A DNA stretch of 63,410 nucleotides, filler included, from Folioceros fuciformis (lineage: Eukaryota), in the NCBI GenBank assembly GCA_049999805.1. It is 11 parts of 11 records of this genome, joined end to end, with 100 filler letters (N's around TTAATTAATTAA, not from the genome) between each part and the next. Parts side by side here need not be neighbours in the genome. Positions count along the whole stretch, not along the records: positions 47,243 to 51,700 come from JBNGIO010002161.1; positions 51,801 to 55,463 come from JBNGIO010002162.1; positions 55,564 to 58,237 come from JBNGIO010002163.1; positions 58,338 to 60,475 come from JBNGIO010002164.1; positions 60,576 to 63,410 come from JBNGIO010002165.1; 6 more parts are not named here. One strand, 5' to 3'. Below, one piece after another: positions 51,101-63,410 of this stretch. The notes beneath the pieces are model-generated. The model did no database searches. It had not been told where the DNA came from and worked only from the letters and a program-made list of their open reading frames with translations. Position 1 is the first letter of the stretch. Each line of letters begins with the position of its first letter. The translations under genes and the position numbers were made by a program.

Positions 51101-51246
51101 GTTTGGGCCTTCTTAGCCTTAACCAAGACCAACCTTCTTAGGCCCTGGACCCGGAACCTAAAGAGAGCCTATCTAAGACGGCTCCTTCACGAATTCTGGA
51201 TCCGACCTTGGAAATCTAGCTGGGTCTAGGAATTAAGAGCGTGACA
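48200..51246 (+). mobile_element. Chromovirus (Ty3/gypsy) 5'-truncated element: RT, RNaseH, integrase, chromodomain, PPT, 424-bp 3' LTR
   Basis: KIAFRT..YEWVVMPMGLTNAPATF, VFLDDILI, VHTDASD, HDKEMLAI, HDSPISGHLG, MDFVTALP, IVSDRDPKF, HPESDGQT; chromodomain DYLVGW..ATWEPE (~50640-50770). PPT agtgggggagaa 50811-50822; LTR 50823-51246 with TGTCACG...CGTGACA termini. Confidence 0.95.
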
Positions 51247-51440
51247 TTTAATATGTTCACTTACATAACAACCCAATTTGGGTGAGACTCAAGAACCACC
51301 TAAACCCCAAAAGCAATTGATTTGCAACCTTGCGAAGTCGCAATCCTAAATTGGTGAGGACTTAGATGAGTCTGGAAATAATCCCGGAACTAAGTAGCAA
51401 TACTCCGATTGATGAACCGCAAGAAAGACTCTTTCACAAT

Positions 51441-51700
51441 GATCAAATACATCCCAAAAGTAGCCTTCTTTATAGCTAGCATTTGTTTTTGGTGAAAATA
51501 GCTAGCAATCAATCAAATACATCCCAAAAGTAGCCTCTTTTATAGCTAGCATTTGTTTTTTGATGAAAATAGCTAGCAATGGATCAAATACATCCCAAAA
51601 GTAGCCTTTTTTATAGCTAGCATTTGTTTTTTGATGAAAATAGCTAGCAATGGATCAAATACATCCCAAAAGTAGCCTTTTTTATAGCTAGCATTTGTTT
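51441..51700. repeat. ~71-bp tandem repeat, >=3.7 copies, running into the gap
   Basis: atcaaatacatcccaaaagtagcc...tagctagc at 51442, 51512, 51583 and 51654. Confidence 0.92.
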
Positions 51701-54182
51701 NNNNNNNNNNNNNNNNNNNNNNNNNNNNNNNNNNNNNNNNNNNNTTAATTAATTAANNNNNNNNNNNNNNNNNNNNNNNNNNNNNNNNNNNNNNNNNNNN
51801 CAGCCTGCTGTGGCCCGGTGACGCGACAAGTATCTGACGCGGAGTGAATGTGGGAAGCGCAGCATCCCGTTCCCCGACGTCTCCTCGATCTGCCCTTTAC
51901 ACTTGCTTGACCGCCAGCAGCGACCACCTTCCTCCTACGACACAAAAGCACGTTTATAATAGCCCCTAATTTCCAGCCAGGAAACTTGGCCCACGTCCAC
52001 ACCGGTTGCCCCACAACTGCCACATGTGGCCCTAATTAAATCTACGTTTGACCAAAAAGAATGTTCTCGAAGGACTCTACATGTACGTATGTACGTATGT
52101 ATGGATGTACTGTACAGTACTGTACTGTACATACATCGACGAAGCGGGCCACCGGCCTTCAAATCGGTGCAACAAGCCCTGTGCCTGCCGCGTTGCCTTG
52201 TTGTCCAGCACCCACAACAAGAATTCTATTAGACTCGGCAAAATTTCTGTTGTACTTCACAACTTGTACCGTCATGCATCCTAAACTTCTTAAGCATCAT
52301 GAAGTTCTTATCAAAAAGGGTGTGTTCATTTCATCTAAAGTCAAATGAACTTCAAGATTAAGCTGTGGTTGTGGAGCTCTTTTGATCAATATGGTTGTCC
52401 AATTGCTCTTGAAAGCTCCAATTGATCCAATGGCTACTTGAAAGCTCTTTCCATCAACATGGTTGTAGACTTATGTACTCACACCATCGGATCATATTCA
52501 TTCATACATTTGAGACTCACTTCCAATCCATCTCAAGTTTCTTAAGCTTTTCAAGTACCTTCATCACAATAAGGTTCATCTTGTGTTTGAGTCTGACCTT
52601 GGATCATTGTTTTGTACTAACTCGAGCTTTATAGAATAGGAAGAAACAAGACCATCCTTGAAAGGACGAAGGAGACATGCAACAAGAGAGTGTAGAAAAG
52701 GATCAAAGTTAACAAGGCAGAGCTGCAAGATGTTGAAGAATTCAAGCTAACAAGCACAAACCAAGGCCTTGGCTTTGGCAACACAAGCCCAAGAGTAGGA
52801 ATAAGGGAGAAGATGCATCCCTAGACTAGAGAAACAATCCCCAAGCAAGCATGTGCACAAATGAGTTGTAGGTCTTATGAAGGTGTTCCAAGTCTTCACA
52901 ATATTTACGAAAAAACTTCCTTGTTGACAAGGACTTTGAGAATCTAACTTATTGTAGTCGCTCTATGTAAAAGCAATCACACAGTTAACAATGCAAGTTC
53001 CATATGAGAGGTCTAATTTTGATGATGAAGCTTCTTGTTGCCACCAAGCTCAAGCTTGATGTGTTGTGGGCAAGAGGCCTGGATATCTATGCTTCTTCTA
53101 TGATTATGACTATGTTTACCAAGAGTCATGTCCCCACATGAAGGCAATTCAATTTTACTCCTTCTTTGGACAACTCCTAAAGGTAGAGGAGAGGCTTGGT
53201 ATTCCTACTGTTTATGCATGGCTCCCAAGATATGAACGACTATGATGCTTTGAATAGTACCAGCCTATGGCGGATCTTATGTTGGATTAGTAGTGCTAAC
53301 GAATCCTTACTTAGAGGGAGACAAGGGCTTAACCCTTACTTAGAGAGAGACAAAGGCTTTACGGTAACAAATTCTTACTTGCTATGACTCGTTACAATTG
53401 GAGTTGTCCCCAAAATGGAATGGTTAATAACTGACTTGTTAGTGGAGGGTCCCTCATGAATATGTAAGTATTCTATTAAATATTGCAACCTAAGAGCACA
53501 AAGCCTTGTCTTCTTGCGTTCTATTGAGCATACCCATCCAATCACGCTTAGAAAGGATAACGATGACATACCATATGGAAGATCTACCCATTTGACCTTC
53601 CCAAATTCCTACTTATAAGATGTATTGTTCAAGGTAATATGAGTACTTGAACATGCTCATGTCACATGGCATTAGGGTCATCACTTAAAAGTATCCATGA
53701 TGTAAAGATAATAATAATAATATTTTTAAAATATAATTATAAAATAATAAAAATTTATATTTATTTTTAAGTTAAATAACATAAAACTATTTATGAATCA
53801 AAGGCAAAAATTCTGTTTAAAGATGGAAAGGCATCAATCAAAAAAAATCTAGTTAGTTGTCCCTTCTTCCTTCCAGACGAATTAATATTAATAATAATAG
53901 TATTTATAAAGCATTTTTATTAGTTATATATCTAAATATCTATTTACATTTGTGCATACGGTAGACCTATCGTTGTACGTGTGTACATGCCTGCGTGGGA
54001 TGCATTGACGCGGTTTGCGGAAATTCAAAGCTCTGTTAAAAGTGTCCGTTACGGATAGAGGCAAGGGAGCGGGAGGGGTCGTGTGGGCGGGTTTTGAAAT
54101 GCATGGACGACGTGAGGGCCAGGACCAGGGCCGAGACCGAGACTCTGGAATGGAGGGGGAGGAGCAAGGAATGTGAGTGGGT

Positions 54183-55463
54183 ATGGGGAAGGGAATGGGC
54201 ATGGAGGAGGTAGAGGGGGCCCTTCGGGCCGAGGCCGGGGCCGGGGCCGGCGGTGATGGCAATTGGAGTAAAGATGTGGAGGCGAGGATGCTGGAGTTGA
54301 GGATGGAGTACGAGGAGAAGATCAGGAGCTTGAGACAGACCGTGTCTGCGCTGCAGAAGCAGCTTAGCGCGGGCGCGGAAGATATGGATGCTTCTAGAGT
54401 GGAGAGGATGGCTATGTTGAGGGACCTGGAGGGCAGGGAGGCTTTGTTGGTTGTTGCCAAACAGGAGAATGAAGGCCTGAATGCAGGGAAGGAGAGGTTT
54501 TCATTCTCTGTGGAGGCGTTGCAACGAAAAGTATCGAAGCTGGTGGAGGAATTGGAGGTGAAGGAGGCGTTGATTGCGGGGAAGGAGAGGGAGGCGGAGG
54601 TGCTGAGTGAGCAGAATGAAGGCTTGGAGAGGCGGGTGAGGGAGCTGGCGGAGCGGGGTGCTAATGCGGACCAGCGGGTACTCGGGTGGAAGAGGAAGTT
54701 GGAGGAGAGTGCCGGGGAGCTGCGCGCGGCTGTGGATGCTCGGGATGGCCTTGCATCGGAGGTGGAGAGGTTGCAGGAGGAGGTGGATGGTTTGAAGGAG
54801 CGGCAGAGAGCGCAGGGATGGGAAGGAAGGGTAGCGAATCTGCAGCGGAAGGTTGACCAAGGTGCGGTGGAGGTGGATGCGTTAAGGAAGGAGAGGAGTG
54901 AGCTGTGGAGTTTGTTGGAAGGCCGGGATGTTGAGGTACAGGGGTTGAAGGACGAGAAGAAGAAGCTTCTGGAGGCCAAGGAGATGTGCGAGGGTGCGGT
55001 GAAGGCTTTGCAGGCTAAGGTGGCGCGGCTGACTGATGAGGCGGAGACCAGCAGGTTGGAGATGAAGGGAAGGGACAGAGCTGCTTGGTCTGCTGAACAG
55101 ACGTCTGAAATGGCGAGGCAGGTGCGGGAGCAAGGGCACCGTGAGTCCGTCGCTGAGCAGCAGCTTCTTCTTATGAGGAGAAAGGTTGAACAAGTTACAG
55201 GTGAGTTGGAGGAGACCACTGTTGCCAGGGATGTCCTTGTTGCTGATGTACATAGGTTGCAGGAAGAGGTTTATGGATTGAAGCAGCAATTGAAGAAAGC
55301 TCAAGCGTGGAAACAGACAATTTCTGTGCTTGAGGCGAAGGTTGAGGAACGTTCGGGCCAGATTGATTCGCTTGACAGGGAGAGAACTGCACTATGGAAA
55401 GACCTGGAAATGAAGGAGGCTGAGATGAACGGGCTGAAGGAGGAGAATAGAAGTCTGATGGGC
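54183..55463 (+). CDS. Long Glu-rich coiled-coil protein with an internal ~162-aa repeat, 3'-truncated; function unknown
   Basis: >420 uninterrupted codons with strong heptad pattern and G-rich codon usage. Start uncertain: ATGs at 54099 and 54150 are in frame but separated from the ORF by a TGA at 54174. Confidence 0.7.
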
Positions 55464-55563
55464 NNNNNNNNNNNNNNNNNNNNNNNNNNNNNNNNNNNNN
55501 NNNNNNNTTAATTAATTAANNNNNNNNNNNNNNNNNNNNNNNNNNNNNNNNNNNNNNNNNNNN

Positions 55564-58237
55564 GTGATCTAAGGTTGTACCTTGGTGCAGGTGTATCTTC
55601 CACAGGAACTGGTTCATCTTCATGTTCTAAAGGGTCCATTTCTTCAACATCATCAGCTTCCAACTGATCATTGTCTTCTTGAACATGAGGTACTGCATGT
55701 TCCGAAATGGCCTCAAGGGGATCAGATGAATGTGAAAATTGCTCCTCCTCCTCCGGTGTGTCGTTGTCGGTTGTGGGTGTGTCAGGACGCAATTTAGGTC
55801 CTAATACCTCCTCCTGCATGACAGGTCCATCGAAGGGAAGTCGGAGAGCAGGATCAGGAAAATCCACAATATAGTCACTAGCATCAAAGGAAGAACATTC
55901 AGATTCTATATCTTTAGATGAAAGGTAAGGAGGCAAAACATCTCCCACTGAAGATGAAAATAGGGAATGTTCATGAAAAGTGACGCTGCGAGCATAGAGA
56001 AGCCTCTTAGTAGAAGGATCAAACAATTTATAACCCTTGATTCCTTCCGAATAACCAATAAAGGTATATTTTGCGGCCTTTGGGTCGAACTTCCTTCTTA
56101 ATGCCTTGGGGACAAATACATATGTCGGAGATCCAAAAATGCGGAGGTGTTCTATGAAGGGCTTTCTGCCTATAAAGGCTTCATAAGGTGTCATATCTTG
56201 GACTGCTAAAGTGGGCAGTCGATTCATGAGATATGTGGTTGTGAGGAGTGCTTCGGCCCAGTATACCTTAGGTAAATTTGCTTGGTTTAACAGGCAGCCA
56301 GTAATCTCTTGAAGACGTAGATTCTCATTTTCAGCTACGCCATTTTGTTGCGGAGTATAAACAACAGTAAGTTGTTGAGCAATACCGCGAAGGCGACAAA
56401 AATCCGTAAATTGATTGGAAGTGAACTCGCCACCATTATCAAAACGTAAGGTTTTGAGTTTCTTTTCGGTTAACCTCTAAGCCCATACCATATAGTCTTG
56501 GAAGTAACGATAAACATCTCCTTTATGACTTAAGATATAGGTCCTTAACCGAGAGTAGTTGTCAATGAAGGTCATAAAATATCTGCTACCACTGAAAGAA
56601 GGTGTAGAGATAGGGCCACAAATATCTGTATGAACAAGCTCTAGAGGACATTTCGCCCTCTGTGGGGAGATGTTCTTAAGGGGGGCTTGATGTTTTTTGG
56701 TAATGTCACAAGTCTCACACCATGAGAGGTGTTGAATGTGAGAGAGGCAGGGTGTGCGATATAAATTTCCTGCCTTAGACATTTGTACTAATTTTTGACT
56801 ATTTGGATGACCAAGACGACAATGCCATAACATTGTGGGAGAGGGACTTTGAGGCGAAGAATTGGCGACATGAGCAGATTGTTGACCTCCTACTAGAACA
56901 GACAATTTATAAAGGCCATCTTCTAAAGTACCACTACAAATGATATGATTGCTATCACCTACATGAGAGAGAAAGCAACTATCTGTAAAAAGGGTCACCT
57001 GCATGGAATGGGTTTGACAAATACTTGCAACTGATAGTAAATTCTTGCACATTGATGAAACATGGAGAACTTGGTGGAGGTGGAGGACTTGTCTTGAATC
57101 ACATGTTAGTACAACAGAACCAGTACCTTCAAAAGGTAGGTTGTGATCATCTCCCAAGAGGACAGATTGATGTCCTGTGGTTGGTGAGTATGACTGAAAA
57201 TAACTTTTGTTGTAACATATATGTGATGTTGCTCCACTGTCTAAATACCATGAGGTATTAGCAGGTTTGGATGATGCCAAACATACAGTGAGCACTGTTG
57301 GAGTTGATGAAGATTGCTTTTTGGAAGCTACATTAACTCCTTGTGAAGCCTCCTTGTGAGGTTCACCATTCTTCTTTTTGCGACAATCCTTTTCTGTATG
57401 ATTAGGAATCCTGCACGACTTGCATATAATGCCGCTCTTCTTTTTACCCTTTGAAGGTGTGGATGAAGAACTCTCTCCAATGTTGGTACTCGGCGAAGAA
57501 TATGGAGGACGTTGGGAAGAAAAACCTCGGCCTCTGCCTCGTCCTCTTCCTCTGCCTCTCTGCAAGTACATTACTTGTTGTTTATTAGGCCTGGAGTGAG
57601 AATGGCGCCTACTTGCCTCCTCCTGTAGAAGTGCTCCGATCAATTCAGAAACACTTATGTCAAAACCCTTTGTCCCATCATCTGCAGTTCTTCGTGAATT
57701 ACGAATAACTGCGTTTTGAGTAGTGATGAATGGACGATAGGAGGGAGGCAATGAAGATAGAAGGGTTACATAAGCTTCCATCTCATATATAGGTACACCA
57801 GTTGCAAATTCAACTTGGGAGCGTGCTTGTCTAAAAGCATTAATATGATGTTCAATAGTGTCGGACTCCTTCATGGATAAATTACGGAAGTTACGAGAAG
57901 CTGCCACAATGCTCATTACATCTTGTGATGAATATAATTGAGCAAGGTGAGACCACATTTCATGAGATGTTTTTGCATGTGCAACATGCCTAACCATTTG
58001 TTGAGAGAGTCCACTTATTAACAAATCTTGTGCCTTCTCATCCATGGCGTCCCAAGAAATCTGAAGTTCACGTTCATCATCAGACCTTGGTCTCGTTATG
58101 GATCCATCAACAATGCCTCATAATGCTCTTTGTCTCAATGCTCCTCGCATACATAATGCCCAAATATCATAATCTTTCCCGTTGAATCTATCTTTCTCTT
58201 TGAAACCATCACCAAAATGATAATGTGTAGGAGGATG
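55564..58237 (-). mobile_element. Ty1/copia gag-protease-integrase (decayed, both ends cut by gaps)
   Basis: KEKDRFNG, CKSCRIPNHTEKDC, WYLDSGATSHIC, LWHCRLGHP, LELVHTDICGP, DNGGEF, YTPQQNGVAE, YWAEALLT..NRLPT, FIGYSEGIKGYK. Gag resembles the copia at 1794. Confidence 0.95.
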
Positions 58238-58337
58238 NNNNNNNNNNNNNNNNNNNNNNNNNNNNNNNNNNNNNNNNNNNNTTAATTAATTAANNNNNNN
58301 NNNNNNNNNNNNNNNNNNNNNNNNNNNNNNNNNNNNN

Positions 58338-59675
58338 GTCTTAGGAAGTTCGACAATCAAGTTATACAGGCTCTTGAGGACATCATAGATCTCGGCACCT
58401 TTGAGTGTGCCATAGATGATTTGGCTCAAAAGTAGGCTTTCTTGCCGGTCACCTTTGGAATGGTCGGCCTTTTGGCTATGGAGGCCTCTAGCCTAGCTAC
58501 CTTTCTCAATAGTTGGGTCCTATGAGCTCCAATTTTGGCTCTCGTTTTTTGCTGCAAGATTCCCCTCTTCTTGAAGATTTTTATCTTAGGAGTTTATGAG
58601 GGCATTTTTTTCTTTATAGGTATCTGTTAGGCAAGCGAGGGACTTTTTACCTTTGGAGGCTTGTGAGGCCCTACCTCCTTTTTCTAGGGAAGGGTTGAAG
58701 GGTCTCCCTCCTAGAAAAGCAATATGGCCAAGCATTAAGAGCACTTCTTTCGGACTCATCAATCCCTAGGCCTTCTCGAGCTCTTATTCAAGTAAAGGAG
58801 CAGGCTCTTAGCTTTTGGCTCGACCTTACATCCTAGCATTTTGAATCGCATTAGCAACGTTCGCCATTGCGATAAGATTTTGCTTAGGTTTGGCCCACCC
58901 CTTGGCTATTTCTCTCTCTACATGCAATTGTGAGGTTGTCATTGTCAATACAGGGTCCCATTTCGCATGTTGTCCTATTGGAGGGCACTACATTGCCACC
59001 CATATTGCAGTTCGAGACATCATGTTCGCAATGGCTAGGGAGTATGGGTTTATTCTATATAGGGAACATGCATATAGTTTGCTCAATAGAGTTTTACCAT
59101 GAGCCAACCTTTTTTTCACTAGGGGGGAAAAAGTTTGTGTCGCTAATGTGGGTGTTACGAATCTAACTAAGGATTTAATTGCAAGCACATCATCATCAAC
59201 CCCCCTGAATGGGCAACAAAGAGTTGTGCAAGCGCCAAAGTCCATAAATATTCTCCCTTGCAAGACGGGCATATTCTGATGCCCCTTGTTATTGAGAGTC
59301 ATAGGACCATGAGTGAGGACTTTTCAACCTTTATCAAGGAGTGCGCCAAGGTTTATCAGAGTAATAAGAATGGTGTTCTCTTTCTTTCCTCTATGGAGGC
59401 CTTCTGTCCACAACCCGTATCCATCGCTTTGCAAAGAGGATTAGCCAACGTGATTTTTAGAACAACAACCAACATAAGTTAAGCAGCTTCTTCGACATAG
59501 GTGTTAAGTAGGCTTTTTGTTATTCGACATTATGACTTTTTGGGAGCACTAGGTAGTTTTTGAGAATGATGTTTGAGGCGGCTAGTACCCCTTTTGTCCT
59601 TTGGCCCTACTCGGATTGTTCCTCCAATCTTTGGAGTAAATGGGACTTTACCTCTTTTTTTCAATAATAAAAAAT
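58338..59675 (+). mobile_element. CRE-like (RLE endonuclease) non-LTR retrotransposon, 3' part, highly decayed
   Basis: RT-thumb-like AFLPVTFGMVGL; CCHC CNC..GSHFACC..GG..THIAVRD; endonuclease tail GHILMPLVIESH..PVSIALQRGLANVI; A-rich 3' end at ~59663-59675. Confidence 0.7.
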
Positions 59676-59921
59676 AACTAGCTTGTAGGGTAATTGTGTG
59701 CACTTAGTGTTTATGTAATACTTGAATTAGGTTAACAAATAGATTCAACTCAACTCTTATCTTTCATCGAAGGATTTAAAGTCATTTAAAATAAGAACCA
59801 CTTTAGAAATCTCATTGTGGATTTGAGTCACATTCGAGCAGTGATGAAAAACCATTTTTATGAAATTTATGTGAGTTAAAATATTCTCAAAATCTCACTG
59901 TTAGTCACTAATTTGAATGAT

Positions 59922-60032
59922 TTGCTTGAAATTTTATTTACCCTAAATCTAATTTTTACACACTCTAAGTTGTTATTGCTTGAACTTTTATTTACCCTAA
60001 ATCTAATTTTTGCACACTCTAAGTTGTTATTG
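59922..60032. repeat. 54-bp direct tandem duplication
   Basis: ttgcttgaa.ttttatttaccctaaatctaattttt.cacactctaagttgtta occurs twice. Confidence 0.85.
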
Positions 60033-61516
60033 TGAAAATTGAGATTTTCCTGTCTGATTTGCTTCTATTCCTTATGAATCACCACAAATTCTTGAAGTGT
60101 ACTAATCATTCTATTTCCTATGTAGTATGACAAATCCTTCACCCAACAAACATATTGATGTTAATTAAAGTTTGATGGGTTATATGCAACATAAGGAAAA
60201 TGATGATCTAATATATTACACAATGGATGACATCCACAAATAAGAAATAAAAATCTAGTGTATATATCTTTATTGTTTTTCAAACATAATCTGGTGCAAG
60301 TACAACCCTTTTCATATAAGTAAAGCCATAAAAGTCAAGGCATTCAATGGTTTATTAATTTTTTCTTTCAATGGAGGAAGTAAAGCTTGAGAGTTTTAGA
60401 GCTGCAACTCCAATATGATAAACATCTTTTTCTACTATGTTATATAATCACATTGTGTTGTATTTTCTATTTATANNNNNNNNNNNNNNNNNNNNNNNNN
60501 NNNNNNNNNNNNNNNNNNNTTAATTAATTAANNNNNNNNNNNNNNNNNNNNNNNNNNNNNNNNNNNNNNNNNNNNTACTTTACATACATATATAAGTTTA
60601 ATTTTTTTCATCTCATATCATCTATGTTATTACTTCTACACAAAGTTATAAGTACAATTAAACTATCCAAAAAACCTGCTAAGAAACTTTACAAAAGCTA
60701 GATTCCTAAGTAATTGCCTTGTCTAGGCTAGTTAAGGTATTTGCTTAGGGTCCTATTTTCCCAAATTTATGAAACAAAGTCGATTGTGAGTTTCATTAGG
60801 AGGAGCTCCATAGGACTTCATGTAGCAAGTCATGTAGTCTTTCACAAAAAGTCTTATCACTAAACAGCCTTCATTATTTATTTATTTATTTTAAAACATA
60901 TAATAATATTTTATAAAAAAATCCGATTTTATTTGATGATAATTTATTAAAAATTCATACTGTTTTAGACAAATATAAAACACGTTGCGTTGTTAATATA
61001 GAACTCAAATGTCGTTTCACTTGGACCGAAAGCCGTTTCATGAGAGACAAGTAGACAAGCAAGGTAAGCTGAGTTCCAAGCATACCATGGAAGTAGGACG
61101 ACAGTCGTATATGGGACCTGTAAGACTGATGTGGAAATCGTGATGGCCAGACTCTACAACATAGGGTGACACCGGGCCCCTTTTTTATGCTGCCTTGTCC
61201 GGAAACCTGAGCTACTGCTATGGGCAGCCCTTTATCTGGGTAACGTGTTCGAGACAAACGATGGAAGACATCCTTGAAAGGCTGTCAACAACCGATTCCG
61301 CAAAAAACGAGGGAGGCATTGAACGAGGGCAACATTGTCGACAGATTTGCTTACAGGGAGCTAAGAGGACATTTGACGCAGACCTCCATGAGGAGTTTTC
61401 CGCCGTGTTGCTCGTAATGAAGCAACAAAAATTGGAAAAGGGAAAGGAAAAGAAAAAGCGAACATAAAGGCACACAGCGTTCGAAGGCAGCGAACTCAGC
61501 ACTAGTGAGTGCGCTC

Positions 61517-63275
61517 TCAGGTGGACGCTTCCGTAGGAAGTCCTGTGTCATTTCGTTGGGGTCTTCTGGAAACCACTTCCGCAGCCCAAGCCTTCCCCAA
61601 GTCTGTTTGAAACTTGCCTGCACATGATCCACAATCCATCAGCAAAGGACATCGCAAACTGCAGCAAAAAGTATTGGTCATTGCTGATACCTGCTGTGGT
61701 TCTGAAGAAGTCATCCAAGTTCTTCCCCTGAGCTGTGGATCAAAGCAAACAAGGCATGAGTGCTGGGATATCGTCCACTCATGAGCTTCGCACGAGTGAA
61801 GAGAGGAATCAGCATCGAATCAGTCGGCAACGCATAGGTGCTGGAACATGGCCCATGAGTTTGGTAGCAGAAAAGAGGAGCCGGAACCCCACCTTTTTCG
61901 TATTCCACGGCTTGCAAAATGAGCTCAATCTGGAAGGGAAGAGCCTCCGTGTTAGGTATGCTAGCGTTTGCAAGAGCAGACTTAACACCATAGCAGGCAA
62001 TTTAGAACGCAATAGCTGGGGAGACTATCATGACCTTGGCTTCTGAGAAACAAACCTTATCGAAGTCCTTCACAAGCTTGGCCTCAGACGTGACATTGTC
62101 CTCATATTCTGACCATAGCTCCTTCACTTCGTTCGCTGTTTTACGGGTTAAAATGATCATACAAACTCTGGAGTGCGCTGGTGTCATTCTTGAATGCAGG
62201 CAGGGATAATGCAATGCCAAATCACGTACACAGGGAAGCGAGCTAGTACGTACCAGCGGGTCCTTCGCCCAAGAGACTACACATGTGTTCAATAGCCTCC
62301 CTCTCCAAAGCGCTCTTCCGCTCTTTGGGAATATTGTCAGCTGGCGTGATGTCGCCAACGATGGCTGCACCGACAACCACAGACGATTGGTGACTAGAAT
62401 TGGAACAGCGGAGAATGCCGTCCATTTGCCGGAAAAGAAGTGGTGCAGCTGACCTTCAGCTATGTCGTGAACCACAGCCATCTTCACAGTCCTGACACAA
62501 GAATCCAGGCCCAATCAGCCCCAACCCGCACAACGCAAACCACTCCAGCCTCGCTCCCATGGCGTGTGGGGATGGTAAGGGTGGAAGCGTTACCTGTCTC
62601 TGTTGACGCCAGGGAGATCCGGAGCAACGAGGGCCATGACAGACATGCGGTACATGTGGTCCGCGATGGATTCCGACTCCTTCACCTCGTGATTCACCCA
62701 CCCCGCCCTTTTGGTTGTCTGCACACATTGTGCAGTACTCCTAGAATTGGTCGCGGCAGTAGCTTCCAGGCACAGACAATTCGGCACACGCCAGCAACCC
62801 ACTCTCCCCCGGTAGCATGCATGGAATTCCCCGCAACACGGGACGCAATGCTGACCTTAAGACTCTGGCAGAGCGTGAGGAACTCGATGGCGGAGAAGAC
62901 TGACTGCGGCGGCCTCGGCGCGGGCGCGGCGCTCCCGAGGCCACCATCCTGCTGCTGTTGCGGCTGCTGCGCCATGGCGAGGAAGGCGTCGCGTTGGCGA
63001 GAAGGAGGTTCGTAGGAAAGACAGCGGAGGGAGCGTGGTGCGCGGTGTGAGTGGCCAGGAGGGAGAGCACTAGGACAAGACCGCGAGTGTCTGCGGCTCA
63101 GGCTGAGTCTCGGGCTGGGGCTCGGGCTCGATCTCAGGCTGAGGCTCAGGCCCAGGCCGAGGCCGAGGTGGAAACTGAAGCGCGAAACAGCGGCCCCCCC
63201 GGCTCCTCCTGCAGAAGCAGCGCCGCCGCTGCCCGTTCCTGCCGCAAGAAAAGTTCCAGGCCAGCGGCAGCCCAT
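61517..63275 (-). CDS. HDDC2: HD-domain 5'-deoxynucleotidase (HDDC2/YfbR family), 8 exons
   Basis: LK|TTKRAGWV..ESIADHMYRM; KMAVVHDIAE|AIVGDITP; ELWSEYE..EAKLVKDFDK; ELILQAVEYE; DDFFRTTA|GKFQT..GKAWAAE. GT-AG introns; in-frame ATGs at 63275 and 62975. Confidence 0.93.
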
Positions 63276-63410
63276 GGGGCATCGACGGCCGCTGCTGCTG
63301 CTCCCGCAGCCGCTTCCGCTTCCCTCACACCCTCTGATCAGATGATACCAGCCTCATCGCCTCTGCGCGATTCTTCCTGCCTGCCCGCGTGCCTGTTGCC
63401 TCGCCTCCGT

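Noticed and set aside
52250-53700. Possible degenerate retroelement sequence
   Set aside because: TE-like composition and short direct repeats, but no recognisable domain, PBS, PPT or termini to support a call.
53924-55304. 431-aa and other minus-strand Ser/Leu-rich ORFs
   Set aside because: Antisense shadows of the Glu-rich coiled-coil ORF.

Overview
Eukaryotic nuclear DNA from a non-seed land plant. Short (~85-130 nt) GT-AG introns, plant-type CRK/FRO/TORNADO1-like genes and bryophyte-like transposable elements (TEs) suggest a hornwort/bryophyte-grade genome; this is inference only. The window is 11 unrelated contigs joined by ten identical artificial 100-bp linkers (44 N + TTAATTAATTAA + 44 N), so adjacency is meaningful only within a contig. 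Host genes: TFIIIC Tau95/GTF3C5 (partial), ferric reductase oxidase, a TORNADO1-like LRR-Roc-COR protein, a CDPK-related kinase, DENND6, an intronless inositol 5-phosphatase fused to a C2 domain, a repeat-built coiled-coil protein and HDDC2. Roughly half the window is decayed TEs: two Ty1/copia polyproteins, several Ty3/gypsy elements (two with chromodomains, one with a PHD finger), an LTR element with a duplicated antisense coiled-coil ORF, a two-gene PIF/Harbinger element, two CRE-like non-LTR remnants and a tRNA-Gly fragment. The most striking signal is a decayed bacterial-type beta-class amino (N4C/N6A) DNA methyltransferase (44970-46225). It is bracketed by a shared palindromic motif, lies back-to-back with a truncated TE-like ORF and sits next to the Harbinger element, suggesting a transposon-borne DNA-methylation module. 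No CRISPR arrays, rRNA genes or intact tRNAs were seen.
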